Shown piece by piece: positions 40,727-51,764 of a DNA stretch of 64,000 nucleotides (within the stretch, counting starts at the first letter, position 1; every line of letters starts with the position of its first letter). The position numbers and the translations under genes are program-made. The stretch comes from Candidatus Sulfomarinibacteraceae bacterium (GTDB lineage: Bacteria > Acidobacteriota > Thermoanaerobaculia > Thermoanaerobaculales > Sulfomarinibacteraceae). Where the stretch lies: NCBI GenBank assembly GCA_963796455.1, contig CAWCLO010000008.1, positions 32,001 through 96,000 of the forward strand, in the 5' to 3' direction. The notes under the pieces were generated by a model that saw only the letters and a program-made list of their open reading frames with translations, was not told the origin of the DNA and ran no database searches.

Positions 40727-43108
40727 ATGATCGGGCAGACCCTTTCTCACTACAAGATCATCGGCAAGCTGGGCGAGGGCGGCATGGGCGTGGTTTATCG
40801 CGCCGAGGACATCGATCTCGGTCGGCAGGTATCGCTCAAGTTGCTCCCTGAAGAAATGGCGGCCGATGAGGATCGACTCGAAAGATTCCGGCGCGAGGCA
40901 AAAGCGGTGGCGGCACTCAATCACCCGAATATCGTCACGATCCACAGCATCGAGGAATCGGAGGGATGCCATTTCCTCACGATGGAGTTGGTCGAAGGTG
41001 ACAGCCTCGACCACCTGATCCCCCCGGGCGGTTTTCCGCTGGCCAAGGTCTTTGATATCGCCATCCCGCTGGCCGACGCCTTTGCCGCGGCCCATGAGCG
41101 CGGAATCATCCACCGTGATCTCAAGCCGGCGAATGTCATGCTCGGTGATGACGGACGCATCAAGGTGCTCGATTTCGGTCTTGTGAAACTGGTCGAGAAC
41201 GACACCGGCGGCGAACCCGAAGAGGTCACGGCTCTGCCGACCCGAGCTACCGGTCTCACGGCAGAGGGTATGGTCATGGGTACTGCCCCCTACATGTCAC
41301 CCGAACAGGTCGAGGGAAAAAGAGTCGACCATCGGACTGATATTTTTTCGCTCGGTATCGTCTTGTACGAAATCGCGACCGGAAGCCGACCTTTCGAGGG
41401 CGACACCTCCGCCGCCCTGGTGTCGAGCATTCTCCGCGACACACCACCGACGGTTTCAGAGATCAACGAAAACCTGCCCCGCCATTTTGGGCGCATCGTC
41501 CAACACTGTCTTGAAAAAGACCCGGAGGCGAGATACCAATCGGCCAAAGATGTGCGCAACGTGCTCGCAGGTTTGCGCAAGGAAGTCGATTCCGGTTCGG
41601 TGGCCTTGAGCAGCGGACCCTTGTCGATCACCTCGGGATCGATGGAGGTGTCAACGAAGAAACGAACCGGACTCTGGGCATTGACCGCCGTCGCGGCGGT
41701 GCTCGTGCTGGGCGCCGGTCTGTGGATCGGTCGCAACCTGAAAACCGATGCGGCTGGTTCGGGTCGTTCAGTTAATGAAGGGTCCGCGGTGCCGGCCGCC
41801 GCCGAGGCGGAGCGTGTCCCCTCCGTCGCGGTGCTGCCCTTTGCCAACCTCAGTGCCGATCCGGACAACGAATATTTCACCGACGGTTTGACCGAAGAGC
41901 TGATAACCGCCCTGATGAAGGTGGAAGGCCTGAGAATACCGGCCCGTAGCTCCGTCTACGCGCTCAAAGAAACCAAACTCGATGTCCAGGAGATCGGCGA
42001 ACGGCTCGGAGTCGACAACATCATCGAGGGCAGCGTGCGCAAGGTCGGCAATCAGTTACGCATCAGCGCCCAGCTGATCAACGTGGACGATGGTTTCAAC
42101 ATCTGGTCCGAGACCTACGACCGCGAGCTTGAAGACGTCTTCGTGATCCAGGACGAAATCTCGCAAAATATTGTCGACGCGTTGCAGCTGACACTGAGCC
42201 CCGTCGAGAAACAGGCCCTTCGATCCGAACGCACCACCGATTTTCAAGCCTACGAAAACTATCTGCGCGGGCGGGGCTACTACCGGCGCCGCACCCGGAC
42301 GGATTTTCAATCGGCGAGTGAGATGTTTCAGAAGGCCATCGAGATCGATCCGGGTTATGCGTTGGCCCATGCCGGTTTGGCCGATACGTATACCGAGTTC
42401 TGGCGCAACTACGAGAGCACCGAGGAAAACCTGGTCAAGGCGGAGGCGGCGAGCCGGAAGGCTGTAGAGCTCGATCCGAATCTGGCGGAAGCACACGCGT
42501 CGCGGGGCTTCGCCCTCGGCCAGAGGGGAGAGTACGAGATGGCAGAGGCCGAGTTCCGGCAGGCCATTTCACTCGACCCGAGGCTCTTCGAGGCCTACTA
42601 CTATTTTGGTACCGTGGCATTTACGGAAGGCCACCTGGAAATCGCGGCGGAGATGTTCGAAAAAGCGAGCGAAGCGGCTCCGGACGAGATCCGCGCTCTG
42701 CAATTGTTGCCGCAGGTCTATACGAGCCTCGGACGATCGTCGGCGGCCCAGTCGGCGAACCAACGACGGGTCGAGATCGTCGAGCGCCGGCTCGAGTTCG
42801 ACCCGGATGACGTTCCGATGCTGCTTGACGGGGCGAGCGCCTTGGCCGCCCTCGGCGAGCGGCAACGAAGTCTCGAGTGGGCGGGTCGGATTCTGGACCG
42901 GGCGGGCGACGATGCGCTGGTGCTCTATAACCTGGCCTGTCTCTACTCGCTGGCCGGCGAGCTCAGTTCGTCCCTCGATGCGCTCGAACGATCGTACAAG
43001 GCGGGTCTCGCCGATCCTGACTGGATGCAACAGGATTCGGATCTGGACAATATCCGCGACCATCCCCGCTACAAGCAGCTGGTCAAACAGATGGAGACGT
43101 CCGGGTAG
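40727..43108 (+). CDS. Ser/Thr protein kinase, TM, TolB-N-like and TPR domains
   Basis: [36 protein letters not shown] repeats. Confidence 0.93.
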   Translation: MIGQTLSHYKIIGKLGEGGMGVVYRAEDIDLGRQVSLKLLPEEMAADEDRLERFRREAKAVAALNHPNIVTIHSIEESEGCHFLTMELVEGDSLDHLIPPGGFPLAKVFDIAIPLADAFAAAHERGIIHRDLKPANVMLGDDGRIKVLDFGLVKLVENDTGGEPEEVTALPTRATGLTAEGMVMGTAPYMSPEQVEGKRVDHRTDIFSLGIVLYEIATGSRPFEGDTSAALVSSILRDTPPTVSEINENLPRHFGRIVQHCLEKDPEARYQSAKDVRNVLAGLRKEVDSGSVALSSGPLSITSGSMEVSTKKRTGLWALTAVAAVLVLGAGLWIGRNLKTDAAGSGRSVNEGSAVPAAAEAERVPSVAVLPFANLSADPDNEYFTDGLTEELITALMKVEGLRIPARSSVYALKETKLDVQEIGERLGVDNIIEGSVRKVGNQLRISAQLINVDDGFNIWSETYDRELEDVFVIQDEISQNIVDALQLTLSPVEKQALRSERTTDFQAYENYLRGRGYYRRRTRTDFQSASEMFQKAIEIDPGYALAHAGLADTYTEFWRNYESTEENLVKAEAASRKAVELDPNLAEAHASRGFALGQRGEYEMAEAEFRQAISLDPRLFEAYYYFGTVAFTEGHLEIAAEMFEKASEAAPDEIRALQLLPQVYTSLGRSSAAQSANQRRVEIVERRLEFDPDDVPMLLDGASALAALGERQRSLEWAGRILDRAGDDALVLYNLACLYSLAGELSSSLDALERSYKAGLADPDWMQQDSDLDNIRDHPRYKQLVKQMETSG

Positions 43109-43121
43109 GTTGACGGGGGCG

Positions 43122-44195
43122 TCAAACGTTAAAGACGAACTCCACCACGTCGCCGTCGTCGATCTCGTGGTCGCGGCCGACTGTTCGAATGTGCCCGAGG
43201 TTCTGGATCTCATGCAGGTGGCCGACCTCGATGAGCTCGTCCGCCGATAGGATCTTGGCGCGGATGAAGCCCTGCTCCATGTCCGAATGGATCTTTCCTG
43301 CCGCCGCCGCGGCCGGGGTGTCGCGTGGGATCTCCCAAGCCTGGAGTTTGTTCTTCACAACGGTGTAGAAGGAGATCAGACCGAGCAAATCAAAGGCCTC
43401 GCGCGCCAGGAGGTCGAGACCGGACTCATTCATCTCGAGTTCCCGCATGAATTCGCTGCGCTCCTCGAGGTCGAGCTCCATGAGCTCCAACTCGAGTTCC
43501 GCGTCGAGCCTCACCATGGGCGTTTCTGGAGAGTTCTTGCGCAGGGTTTGCAACAGGTCTGAGTTGCTGGAGTTCGCGTTGGCCACAAGCAGTTGCGGTT
43601 TGCCGGTCAACAGCCCTGCCGTCTTGAGATCGCGTCGGTCGTTGTCGTCGAGATCCAGTGACCTGAGGACCCGGCCGCTTTCCAGACATTCCTTCCAGGC
43701 CGTCATTCGCCGTTGCTCGGCGGCGTGTTCGACCGGTTTGGTGCGCCAGTCGTTGCGGCGCTTGGCAATCGCTCGATCGAGCACTTCGAGATCCGCGAGG
43801 ATGAGTTCGGTGTCGATCACCTCGAGATCACGCACCGGATCGACGGATTCGAGAACGTGGCTGATGTCCTCCGACGCAAAGCACCGCACGAGGTGGGCGA
43901 TGGCGTCCACCTGTCGGATCTCGCCGAGGAACTGGTTGCCCAGACCCTCGCCCAGGCTCGCCCCCTTGACGAGGCCGGCGATGTCGATGAACCGGATGGC
44001 GCACGGTGTGGTTTTTGAAGGAGACAGGACCTTCCGGAGCGCTTCGAGGCGCGGATCAGGCACGGGGACCACCCCGACATTGCTCTCGATGGTGGTGAAG
44101 GGGTAGTTGGAGACCTCGGCACCGCCCTTCGTGAGGGCATTGAACAGCGTTGATTTGCCGATGTTCGGAAGCCCGACGATGCCGACTGAGAGCAT
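43122..44195 (-). CDS. ychF: Redox-regulated ATPase YchF
   Basis: GIVGLPNIGKSTLFNALT, NYPFTTIE, DIAGLVKGAS.GEGLGNQFL, AGKIHSD. Confidence 0.95.
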   Translation of the reverse strand: MLSVGIVGLPNIGKSTLFNALTKGGAEVSNYPFTTIESNVGVVPVPDPRLEALRKVLSPSKTTPCAIRFIDIAGLVKGASLGEGLGNQFLGEIRQVDAIAHLVRCFASEDISHVLESVDPVRDLEVIDTELILADLEVLDRAIAKRRNDWRTKPVEHAAEQRRMTAWKECLESGRVLRSLDLDDNDRRDLKTAGLLTGKPQLLVANANSSNSDLLQTLRKNSPETPMVRLDAELELELMELDLEERSEFMRELEMNESGLDLLAREAFDLLGLISFYTVVKNKLQAWEIPRDTPAAAAAGKIHSDMEQGFIRAKILSADELIEVGHLHEIQNLGHIRTVGRDHEIDDGDVVEFVFNV

Positions 44196-44274
44196 GGTTG
44201 GAGAATATCAGGTTGACGAGGATACTGTGGACCTTCGCCGTCGGTCGTCGTACCCTTATCAAAAGCAGGAAGCG

Positions 44275-46899
44275 ATGAGCAGCCCAAAGAAGATCGCCCA
44301 TTTCGAAATCCTGAAACGGATCGGGGCCGGGGGGATGGGTGAAGTCTTTCTCGCCCGGGATGAGGTCCTGGATCGAGAAATCGCCCTCAAGCTCATTCGC
44401 CGTGACGTGGCCGGAGACACCGAGATCCGGCATCGTTTTCTCCGTGAGGCCCGGCTTGCGGCCGCCATCAACCACTCCGGGGTTGCGACCCTCTACGAAG
44501 CCGGAGAGACCGAACCCGGATCGGACGGCGAGCAGACCCAACTCTATCTCGCTTCGGAGTTGGTCGACGGCAGCAGCCTCGAAGAGATTCTCAGGGATGG
44601 AGTGCTGCCGCTCGATCGGGTGGTCGATCTCGGCATTCAGTTGGCCGAAGCTCTCGGCGCCGCCCACGATCTGGGAATCGTGCATCGCGACATCAAACCA
44701 TCGAACGTGATGGTGACCCGCGACGGCAGCTTGAAAGTCCTGGATTTCGGTATCGCCAAGCGGGTCGGGTGGGTCGATGTCGAGGGCGACAGCGCAGCCA
44801 CTCTGACCTACACCTCCCGCGGAGCGGTGGTGGGAACTCCCGCTTACATGGCGCCGGAACAGGTAGCGGGTGGTCCCGCTGATGCCCGAACCGATATCCA
44901 CGGAACAGGCTGTGTGCTCTATCAGATGTTGACGGGTCATGCACCCTTTGGCAGCGGCTCACCGAGTGAGATCATGCGGCGGGTCATCGTCACTCCTCCC
45001 AAACCACTCCGAAATCTGCGTTCGGAGGTGCCGCGAGGGTTGGCGGCTGTGGTGGAAAAGGCGCTCGCAAAAGAACCGGAAAAACGTTATCAATCGGCGG
45101 CTGAGCTCGCCGATGCGTTGCGCGATGCCGGTGACGCAACCGGGATCGGTTCTTCGATGGAGATCATCCGACGCGGTGTCGCGTCGCGAAAGTTCGTTGC
45201 GGCGGTGCTGATCGTATTGGCGGTCCTCGCGCTTGTTGTCGGGAAGAAACTCCTGGGGCCACGGTTGCCCTTTGACGAGCGCGATTGGTTGTTGGTGTCG
45301 GATGTTGTCAATGCGACAGGGGACGAGGGATTCACTCTGGCGTTGAAGAGCGCCCTGGAGACTGATCTTCGGCAGTCTCGACACGTCAACATTTACGATG
45401 CCGGGAGGGCTCGCAATACGCTGCAGATGATGCGTCGGGATCCAGCGATACCCATCGATCTCGAAACCGGGATCGAGGTCTGTCGCTTTGGCGGCGTTCG
45501 CGCCCTGTTGATTCCGAGGATCGACGTGGTGGACGAGGTCTATATCCTGCAGGCGAGTCTGGTGGAGCCGGCGACGGGCCGCACGGTCGACCGGATCCGG
45601 TTGACCGCCAAAGGGCGCGATCAGGTGCTGCTGGAGACCATCGATGAGCTGACCCGGACGGTGCGGCGACATTTGGGAGAGAGTCTTCAGTCGATCGCCG
45701 AAACCGACCCCCCGTTGGTGCAGTACACCACTTCGTCGTGGGAAGCTCAGAGGCTACTCGCCATGGGGTCTGCGGCCTGGGCCGGAGGCCGCCACCTGGA
45801 AGCGGAGCGCAGCTTCCGAATGGCCATCGAGGAGGATCCTCAATTTGCGACCGCGCGAGGATCGCTGGGGCTCCTCTACATCCAGTTTCTCGGGCGGGTT
45901 GAAGAGGGCCGGCAGCTTCTCAGCCGGGCCTTCGAGGATGCCGACGAGGTCTCGCGGCGTGAGTACCTTGTGCTGCGCGCGATCCACAGCCAGTTCGTCG
46001 ACGGTGATCTCGAAGCGGCCCTGGCCGACTACGCCCTGGTCAACCAGCTTTATCCGGACGTGGTGCAACCGCTCAACAACAGCGGCAGAATCCTCTCAGA
46101 GCTCGGCCGCCACGAGGAGGCGGTGCAGATGTACGAGCGGGCGCGTGAGATCGACGCAGCCTCTGCGCCACCCCTGTGGAATCTGTGGACGATGTACATG
46201 ATGAAGCTCCGGCGGCCTGAAGCGGGCGAAGAGGTTGCGAGAGAACTCGTCCGGCTGCAACCCGAATCGTCCTGGGCCCATCACTCGCTCGGCTGGACGC
46301 TGGTGGCCCTGCGGCGTTTTGACGAGGCGGAGGTCGAGATGCTGAGGGTTCTCGAACTCGATCCGGCGCACCCGTTTGCCGAAGCCAATCTCTCCCATTT
46401 GTTATTCCGGCGAGGAGCGTTTGCGGAGGCCGAGACCCTGTATCGAAAGAGATACGCAGCATCCCGTGTCGAAGGCGCTGACGGGACCAACGTGTACGAC
46501 GGTCTGAGTCTTGCCGCCACCCTCCAGAATCTTGATCGGTGGGACGAGGCACGGGTCGTGATCGAGGAAGGGTTGGCGGAGATCGAGGCACTCGAAGCCG
46601 AACGCGTTCTGACTCCCGACGAGGAGGCTCTGAAAGCCTGCGTTCTGGCCGCTCTCGCCAGGGTGGGCGATGCGACAGGTCCGATCGAAGGGTTGGCGGC
46701 GGCTGCAGACTCTACTGCGAGCGTTTTCATGAACCTCGCCCGAGCGCTGACCCTTGCCGGTGATCCGGATCGGGCTGACGAGTTGTTGGTCCGGGCCTTC
46801 GAGGCGGGATATGACGATCCGTATTTCCTTCTCGTGGACCCGCTGCTGAACGGCCTCCAGGGACGAGCGATCGTGGACGAGCTGGCACCGGTGTCATAG
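44275..46899 (+). CDS. Ser/Thr protein kinase, TM and TPR domains
   Basis: [24 protein letters not shown] helix; TPR repeats. Confidence 0.92.
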   Translation: MSSPKKIAHFEILKRIGAGGMGEVFLARDEVLDREIALKLIRRDVAGDTEIRHRFLREARLAAAINHSGVATLYEAGETEPGSDGEQTQLYLASELVDGSSLEEILRDGVLPLDRVVDLGIQLAEALGAAHDLGIVHRDIKPSNVMVTRDGSLKVLDFGIAKRVGWVDVEGDSAATLTYTSRGAVVGTPAYMAPEQVAGGPADARTDIHGTGCVLYQMLTGHAPFGSGSPSEIMRRVIVTPPKPLRNLRSEVPRGLAAVVEKALAKEPEKRYQSAAELADALRDAGDATGIGSSMEIIRRGVASRKFVAAVLIVLAVLALVVGKKLLGPRLPFDERDWLLVSDVVNATGDEGFTLALKSALETDLRQSRHVNIYDAGRARNTLQMMRRDPAIPIDLETGIEVCRFGGVRALLIPRIDVVDEVYILQASLVEPATGRTVDRIRLTAKGRDQVLLETIDELTRTVRRHLGESLQSIAETDPPLVQYTTSSWEAQRLLAMGSAAWAGGRHLEAERSFRMAIEEDPQFATARGSLGLLYIQFLGRVEEGRQLLSRAFEDADEVSRREYLVLRAIHSQFVDGDLEAALADYALVNQLYPDVVQPLNNSGRILSELGRHEEAVQMYERAREIDAASAPPLWNLWTMYMMKLRRPEAGEEVARELVRLQPESSWAHHSLGWTLVALRRFDEAEVEMLRVLELDPAHPFAEANLSHLLFRRGAFAEAETLYRKRYAASRVEGADGTNVYDGLSLAATLQNLDRWDEARVVIEEGLAEIEALEAERVLTPDEEALKACVLAALARVGDATGPIEGLAAAADSTASVFMNLARALTLAGDPDRADELLVRAFEAGYDDPYFLLVDPLLNGLQGRAIVDELAPVS

Positions 46900-46931
46900 G
46901 GCGGCAAAAACTCCGGCCGGGGACTTGGAAC

Positions 46932-47208
46932 CACTCTTGTCCAAGACCGAGTTTCGGACAGCGATCAGGGACAGTGTTCAGCGACAGCGGCAGTGAACAG
47001 GAATCAGCCTCAGCGTTCAGTCGCCAGTTGCAGGGACAGCAACAGCGACAGCGCCCGGTCTCGCGGGCGTGGAGGACTGAAATCATAATTTTGGGTTGAG
47101 GAAGCGCCAGGTCAATGGCATGAACCCGATCGCGCTGCCTGCTGCCGCTGAACACTGATCGCTGCTCCCTGTCGCTGTCGCCGAAGACTGTCCCTGCCGC
47201 TGCAATAC
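46932..47208 (-). mobile_element. MITE-like repeat, reverse orientation, one end missing
   Basis: CACTCTTGTCCAAGACCGAGTTTCGG end, ACAGCG tracts, CCGCTGCAAT block; different central segment. Confidence 0.65.
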
Positions 47209-47242
47209 CTTTGCAAGCTCCAATCCCTAAGCCCCAAGCCCC

Positions 47243-47271
47243 AAAAAACCCCCTCCGTTTCGGAGGGGGTT
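47243..47271 (-). terminator. Rho-independent terminator of the RRM gene
   Basis: Minus strand CCCCCTCCG-AAA-CGGAGGGGG-TTTTTT. Confidence 0.9.
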
Positions 47272-47291
47272 CTATCAATCGTGGATTTTTT

Positions 47292-47603
47292 CTACCAGCC
47301 GCCGCCGCCACCGCCACCGCGATAGCCGCCGCCACCTCCGCCGCCTCCGCCACTGCGCCGGTCATGGGCGATGTCGACCCGGATCGGCCGACCGTCAAGT
47401 TCAAAACCATTCATCTCTGCAACCGCCTTGTCGGCGGCTTCGTCATCATTGAAGGTAACGAATCCGAATCCGCGCGAACGCCCGGAGTCCCGGTCGCAGA
47501 TCACCTTTGCTTCGGCAATTTCGCCGAACTGCGCAAAAGCTTCTTGCAGCCCCTCGTCGGTTGTATCCCAGCTCAGACTTCCTACGAAAAGTTTCTTACT
47601 CAT
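47292..47603 (-). CDS. Glycine-rich RRM RNA-binding protein
   Basis: KLFVGSL (RNP2), RSRGFGFV (RNP1), Gly-rich tail. Confidence 0.95.
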   Translation of the reverse strand: MSKKLFVGSLSWDTTDEGLQEAFAQFGEIAEAKVICDRDSGRSRGFGFVTFNDDEAADKAVAEMNGFELDGRPIRVDIAHDRRSGGGGGGGGGYRGGGGGGGW

Positions 47604-47865
47604 CGCTCCCATTTTCCTTCCGGGTCGCTCGTGCCTTGAAAGAGCCGGCTCCCCTGTCCCATTCCCGGCGGACCTTGCGATCCACCCATATGCCGGCCAC
47701 CACGGTGGCGGCCACACAGGCTCCTCAATATACATGCTTTGAGGGTTGCTGCAAATTCAACAGGATGGAAGTGGGTGATAAGCAAACAGTTATCAGTAAT
47801 CAGTGCTAAGAGGATGAACCACAGATCCCGGAGTTAATCGGTGTTCACCGAGACCCGGCAAATTA

Positions 47866-48487
47866 TCAGAGATCGAGCTTCGGGAAGTAACCGCAGCTAG
47901 CCGCAAAAACCGTCGCCACCTCGAGCCTCGCCCGCAGCTCTTCGGGGTCATCGTCGAGCTTGGGATTTCTTGGCGCCCAGGTGATGTCCATTCGGTCGGC
48001 GCGAACACTGATTGACTGGAAGTTCTCGCCGGCCGACGAGGAGATGCATGGTCTCCCGAACTTTTTCAATAGAGAAGACCGACTGGAGGTCGCCTTCGCT
48101 GTCGGTGGAAAATCGGAAATGCTCATCGAGCTCTTGATCGCCGACTTCGAAATCCTTGGCGAGACCGACCCTGATCAACATCCTCGATCCGGCGTTGAGC
48201 TGTTCTGCCGACCATCGTTGCGGCGAATACAGCCCCAGCCTCAATACGGCTCCTCCGCGGTCGTACTGAGATTGGTGTTGAATGAGATAGCGGCAATTGT
48301 AGCCGCGGTAGACCCCGACGACTCCGTTCGAGAGAGGCGCCGCGCGACGGGCGGTGCCGAGTTCGAAGGCGGGGCCGAGCGTCTCCAGCCGCCGTTGCGC
48401 TTTGCGCCGGAGCACAGTCGCAATCACCGCCAGGACAACCATTCCGGTCAGGGCGAAGACGATCGCGGGGAAAAACTCACTATTCAT
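47866..48487 (-). CDS. Membrane-anchored hypothetical protein, frameshifted near 48034
   Basis: N-terminal TM in ORF 47948-48496; coding-like continuation AGENFQSISVRAD...FPKLDL in ORF 47866-48126. Confidence 0.6.
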
Positions 48488-48539
48488 TGTCGTCAATCAG
48501 TGTAACGGCTTCCGGCGGTTGCGTTTACAATGCTCGGCA

Positions 48540-49718
48540 ATGAATGACTTGGAAAAACTGCGGGCAAAGCTCGACCGGTTGGATCGAAAGCTGCTGGAGG
48601 ATCTCAGCAATCGGCTCGAGACGGTGGCTGATATCGCTCGAGTCAAAGCGGAGGGCCTGTCTTTTCTCCGTGATCATGAGCGGGAGTCCGAGCTCCTCGA
48701 TCGGGTGGAGGGCTGGGCGCGAGAGCTCGGCCTCGATGGATTCCGTACCCATGAGATCTTTCGCGAGATCATCGCCATGTCGCTCAAGGCGCAGGAGGAG
48801 GCGCTGCTGCATCGCGAGCAGGTGCACCGGTCGCGGCAAAGCGCCAACCGGGTTGCGTTTCAAGGTATCGAAGGCTCGTACAGTCAGCTCGCGGCCCGCA
48901 AGTACTTTGCGGCGCGATCTTCGGAAATGGACTTCGTCGGTCAGCGGTCCTTTCGTGATGCCCTTTCATTGGCAGAGAGTGGTGATGTCGGCTACGCATT
49001 CTTGCCGATCGAGAACACCACCGCGGGTTCGATCAATCAGACCTATGACCTGCTCCGGCAGACCGATCTGAGGGTTGTCGGAGAGGAGATCCTGCACGTA
49101 CGTCATTGCCTTCTTTCGATTGATGGCTCGACCGAGGGAGGTCTCCGAAGAATCCTGTCCCACCCGCAGGCTCTGGCCCAGTGCTCACGCTTTCTGGGGT
49201 CGCTCGAGGAGGTGGAAATGGTTGCCTTCGAGGACACGGCTGCGTCTGCAAGGGAGGTGGCGGCCGCGGGTGATCCCCGGCAAGCTGCCATCGCCAGCGC
49301 CGAAGCCGGTGAAATCTACGGGCTGAGTGTGCTCCGGGAGGAGATCGCAGACCAGCAGGAAAACTGGACGCGATTCGTGGTCATTTCCGGCCTCGAGATC
49401 GAACTCGATTCGAGGATCCCGGCGAAGACATCTCTTGTTTTCACGACCCGCCACCATCAGGGGGCGTTGGTGCAGTGTCTGGAACTGCTCGCGGAACACG
49501 GTTTGAATCTCACCAAGTTGGAGTCTCGACCGGTTCCACAGCGACCCTGGGAGTATCTGTTCTACGTCGACATCGAGGGTCGGGTCGACACCGAGCCGGC
49601 AGCGCTGGCGATTGCCGGGCTCCGGCGTGAATGCCCCTACCTCCGGGTATTCGGGAGTTATCCGGCTCGTACGACTTCTGCCGGAGCGGTGGACCGATAC
49701 GCCGGAAGCGACGGCTGA
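48540..49718 (+). CDS. pheA: Chorismate mutase / prephenate dehydratase
   Basis: AroQ-type N-terminus, AFQG..GSYS, PIENT, SHPQAL.QC, TRF, LTKLESRP. Confidence 0.95.
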   Translation: MNDLEKLRAKLDRLDRKLLEDLSNRLETVADIARVKAEGLSFLRDHERESELLDRVEGWARELGLDGFRTHEIFREIIAMSLKAQEEALLHREQVHRSRQSANRVAFQGIEGSYSQLAARKYFAARSSEMDFVGQRSFRDALSLAESGDVGYAFLPIENTTAGSINQTYDLLRQTDLRVVGEEILHVRHCLLSIDGSTEGGLRRILSHPQALAQCSRFLGSLEEVEMVAFEDTAASAREVAAAGDPRQAAIASAEAGEIYGLSVLREEIADQQENWTRFVVISGLEIELDSRIPAKTSLVFTTRHHQGALVQCLELLAEHGLNLTKLESRPVPQRPWEYLFYVDIEGRVDTEPAALAIAGLRRECPYLRVFGSYPARTTSAGAVDRYAGSDG

Positions 49719-49720
49719 TC

Positions 49721-50524
49721 GTGGTCGTCGTCAGTGGCCTCTGGTTTTATCCGATCAAGTCCTGCGGCGGAATTGAAGTCGAGGAAGCCATCGTCGGGAC
49801 CACCGGCTTCGAGCACGACCGGCGGTGGATGGTGGTCGGCGACGACGGCCGTTTTCTGAGCCAGCGCCGACACCCGGGTCTGGCAACTGTCGCCGTCCGG
49901 CTGCGCGAGAGAGCTCTCCTGCTCGAAACACCGAATCGATCGCGGCTCGAGGTTCCCCTCGACGAACCGACGGGACCGGGGATCCGGGTCACGGTGTGGA
50001 AGGACGAGTGTGCGGCCATCGATGAGGGCCGGGAGGCCGCCGAGTTTTTCTCCAAGCACCTCGAGGTCGGTGCCCGTCTGGTCAGGCTCGCCGACGATCA
50101 CGCCCGGCCCCTCGGCACCTCAGCCGCTCAACCCGGCGACAGAGTTTCATTTGCCGATGCTTATCCCTTCCTCCTCGTGTCTGAGGCCTCTCTTGCCGGG
50201 CTCAACCGCCGCCTTTCTCTGCCCATACCGATGGATCGTTTTCGTCCCAATATCGTCGTCAGTGGATGTACCGCTCACGCAGAAGACAGCTGGCAGGATG
50301 CTCGAATCGGAGAGGTCGATTTTCGAGTCGTCAAACCCTGCGCAAGGTGCGTGGTGACCACAACAAATCAGGAAACCGGTGATCGCGGGCCCGAGCCTCT
50401 CAAAACCCTGACCACCTATCGTCTCTTTGATGGTGAGGTGCATTTCGGGCAGAACCTGATTCATGTCGGGCGCGGGGTCATAAGGGTCGGCGACCAGGTG
50501 ATCGTATTGGCGGTGCAGCAGTGA
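49721..50524 (+). CDS. MOSC domain protein (YcbX/mARC-like)
   Basis: YPIKSC, DRRWM, RFRPNIVV, KPCARC. Confidence 0.92.
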   Translation: MVVVSGLWFYPIKSCGGIEVEEAIVGTTGFEHDRRWMVVGDDGRFLSQRRHPGLATVAVRLRERALLLETPNRSRLEVPLDEPTGPGIRVTVWKDECAAIDEGREAAEFFSKHLEVGARLVRLADDHARPLGTSAAQPGDRVSFADAYPFLLVSEASLAGLNRRLSLPIPMDRFRPNIVVSGCTAHAEDSWQDARIGEVDFRVVKPCARCVVTTTNQETGDRGPEPLKTLTTYRLFDGEVHFGQNLIHVGRGVIRVGDQVIVLAVQQ

Positions 50525-50567
50525 GGGGAACAAGAGTGGACTTCGTGACGATTGGTAGAATGACAGA

Positions 50568-51461
50568 GTGACAGAGCGTACGACGGTTTCGAAGGTGCGG
50601 CGGGTCGGTTGGGTCGGTCTGATCTGCAACCTCCTGTTGGCGGGCATCAAGGTGGTTGCGGGGGTGGTCGGTAATTCGCAGGCGGTTCTCGCCGATGCCT
50701 TTCACAGCCTGACCGATGTGCTGACCGATATCGCTGTCATTCTCGGCGTCCGCTACTGGTCGGCGCCTGCGGACGAGAATCATCCTCACGGACACGGCCG
50801 GATCGAAACGCTGGTGGCAGTCGTGATCGGTCTCTCGGTCGGCGGCGTAGCGATCGGGATGGGTTTCAACGCGATCCGCGACCTGGGTGTCGTTCGCTCC
50901 CACGGCCCGGCCGGCGTCGCCCTCGGGGCTGCGCTTTTATCCATCGTCGTCAAGGAGATTCTCTACCGGTGGACCGAACGGGTCGGTCGTGAATGCGATT
51001 CTCCCGCCCTCGCTGCCAATGCCTGGCATCACCGTTCCGATGCCATGTCGTCAATTCCGGTGGCAGTGGCCGTCGCAGTCGCCTTGATCGACCCCGGGTT
51101 GGCGGTGGTGGACAGCATCGGCGCGTTCGTGGTGAGTGTATTCATTCTTCGGGCGGCCTGGCAGATCCTTCGTCCGGCTGTGGATCAATTGATCGATGCG
51201 AGCGCGCCCCCGTCGGTGCGCCATCGGATCGAGGCTCTCGCGGTCGAGGTGGACGGCGTCGAGGCGGCACACGCGGTCCGGACCAGATACGTGGGTTCGA
51301 AAATCGCCGCTGATCTCCACGTCGAGGTCGATGGCGGGATGAGTGTGGGCGAAGGGCATCAGATCGCGGTCGAAGTTCGGGAAAAACTCGTCGAGGAGAT
51401 AAAGGAAGTGACCGATGTTCTGGTCCAGGTCGAACCCCATGTCCTCGACGGCCCCGAATAG
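50568..51461 (+). CDS. Cation diffusion facilitator (FieF-like)
   Basis: ADAFHSLTD, HPHGHGRIE, AWHHRSD. Confidence 0.93.
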   Translation: MTERTTVSKVRRVGWVGLICNLLLAGIKVVAGVVGNSQAVLADAFHSLTDVLTDIAVILGVRYWSAPADENHPHGHGRIETLVAVVIGLSVGGVAIGMGFNAIRDLGVVRSHGPAGVALGAALLSIVVKEILYRWTERVGRECDSPALAANAWHHRSDAMSSIPVAVAVAVALIDPGLAVVDSIGAFVVSVFILRAAWQILRPAVDQLIDASAPPSVRHRIEALAVEVDGVEAAHAVRTRYVGSKIAADLHVEVDGGMSVGEGHQIAVEVREKLVEEIKEVTDVLVQVEPHVLDGPE

Positions 51462-51480
51462 ATATTCAAATCGTTACAGA

Positions 51481-51696
51481 GCCTACAGCGACAGAGTTCA
51501 GCGGCTGCGACAGTGTCCAGCGACAGCGACAGCGACAGCGGGCAGCGAACAGCGACAGCCAACAGCGATCAGTGTTCTGCGGCAGCGATCAGGGTCGTGC
51601 AATGAACTGGCGGCTGTTGAACCAGACGAAGTGATTGCTGTTCACTGTCGGTGTCCCTGAACGCTGTCCGAGACACAGCCTTGAACAAGAGTGATC
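51481..51696 (+). mobile_element. MITE-like repeat, left end degenerate
   Basis: ACAGCG tract; GTCCCTGAACGCTGTCCGAGAC..CCTTGAACAAGAGTGATC right end. Confidence 0.65.
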
Positions 51697-51697
51697 A

Positions 51698-51760
51698 GAA
51701 ATCCGAAATCCGAAATCCGAAATCCGAAATCCGAAATTCCTAATTCCTAATTCCTAATTC
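51698..51760. repeat. Abutting heptamer arrays (GAAATCC)5 and about 3 (TAATTCC) units
   Basis: Read directly, immediately after the MITE-like end. Confidence 0.95.
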
Positions 51761-51764
51761 TGAT

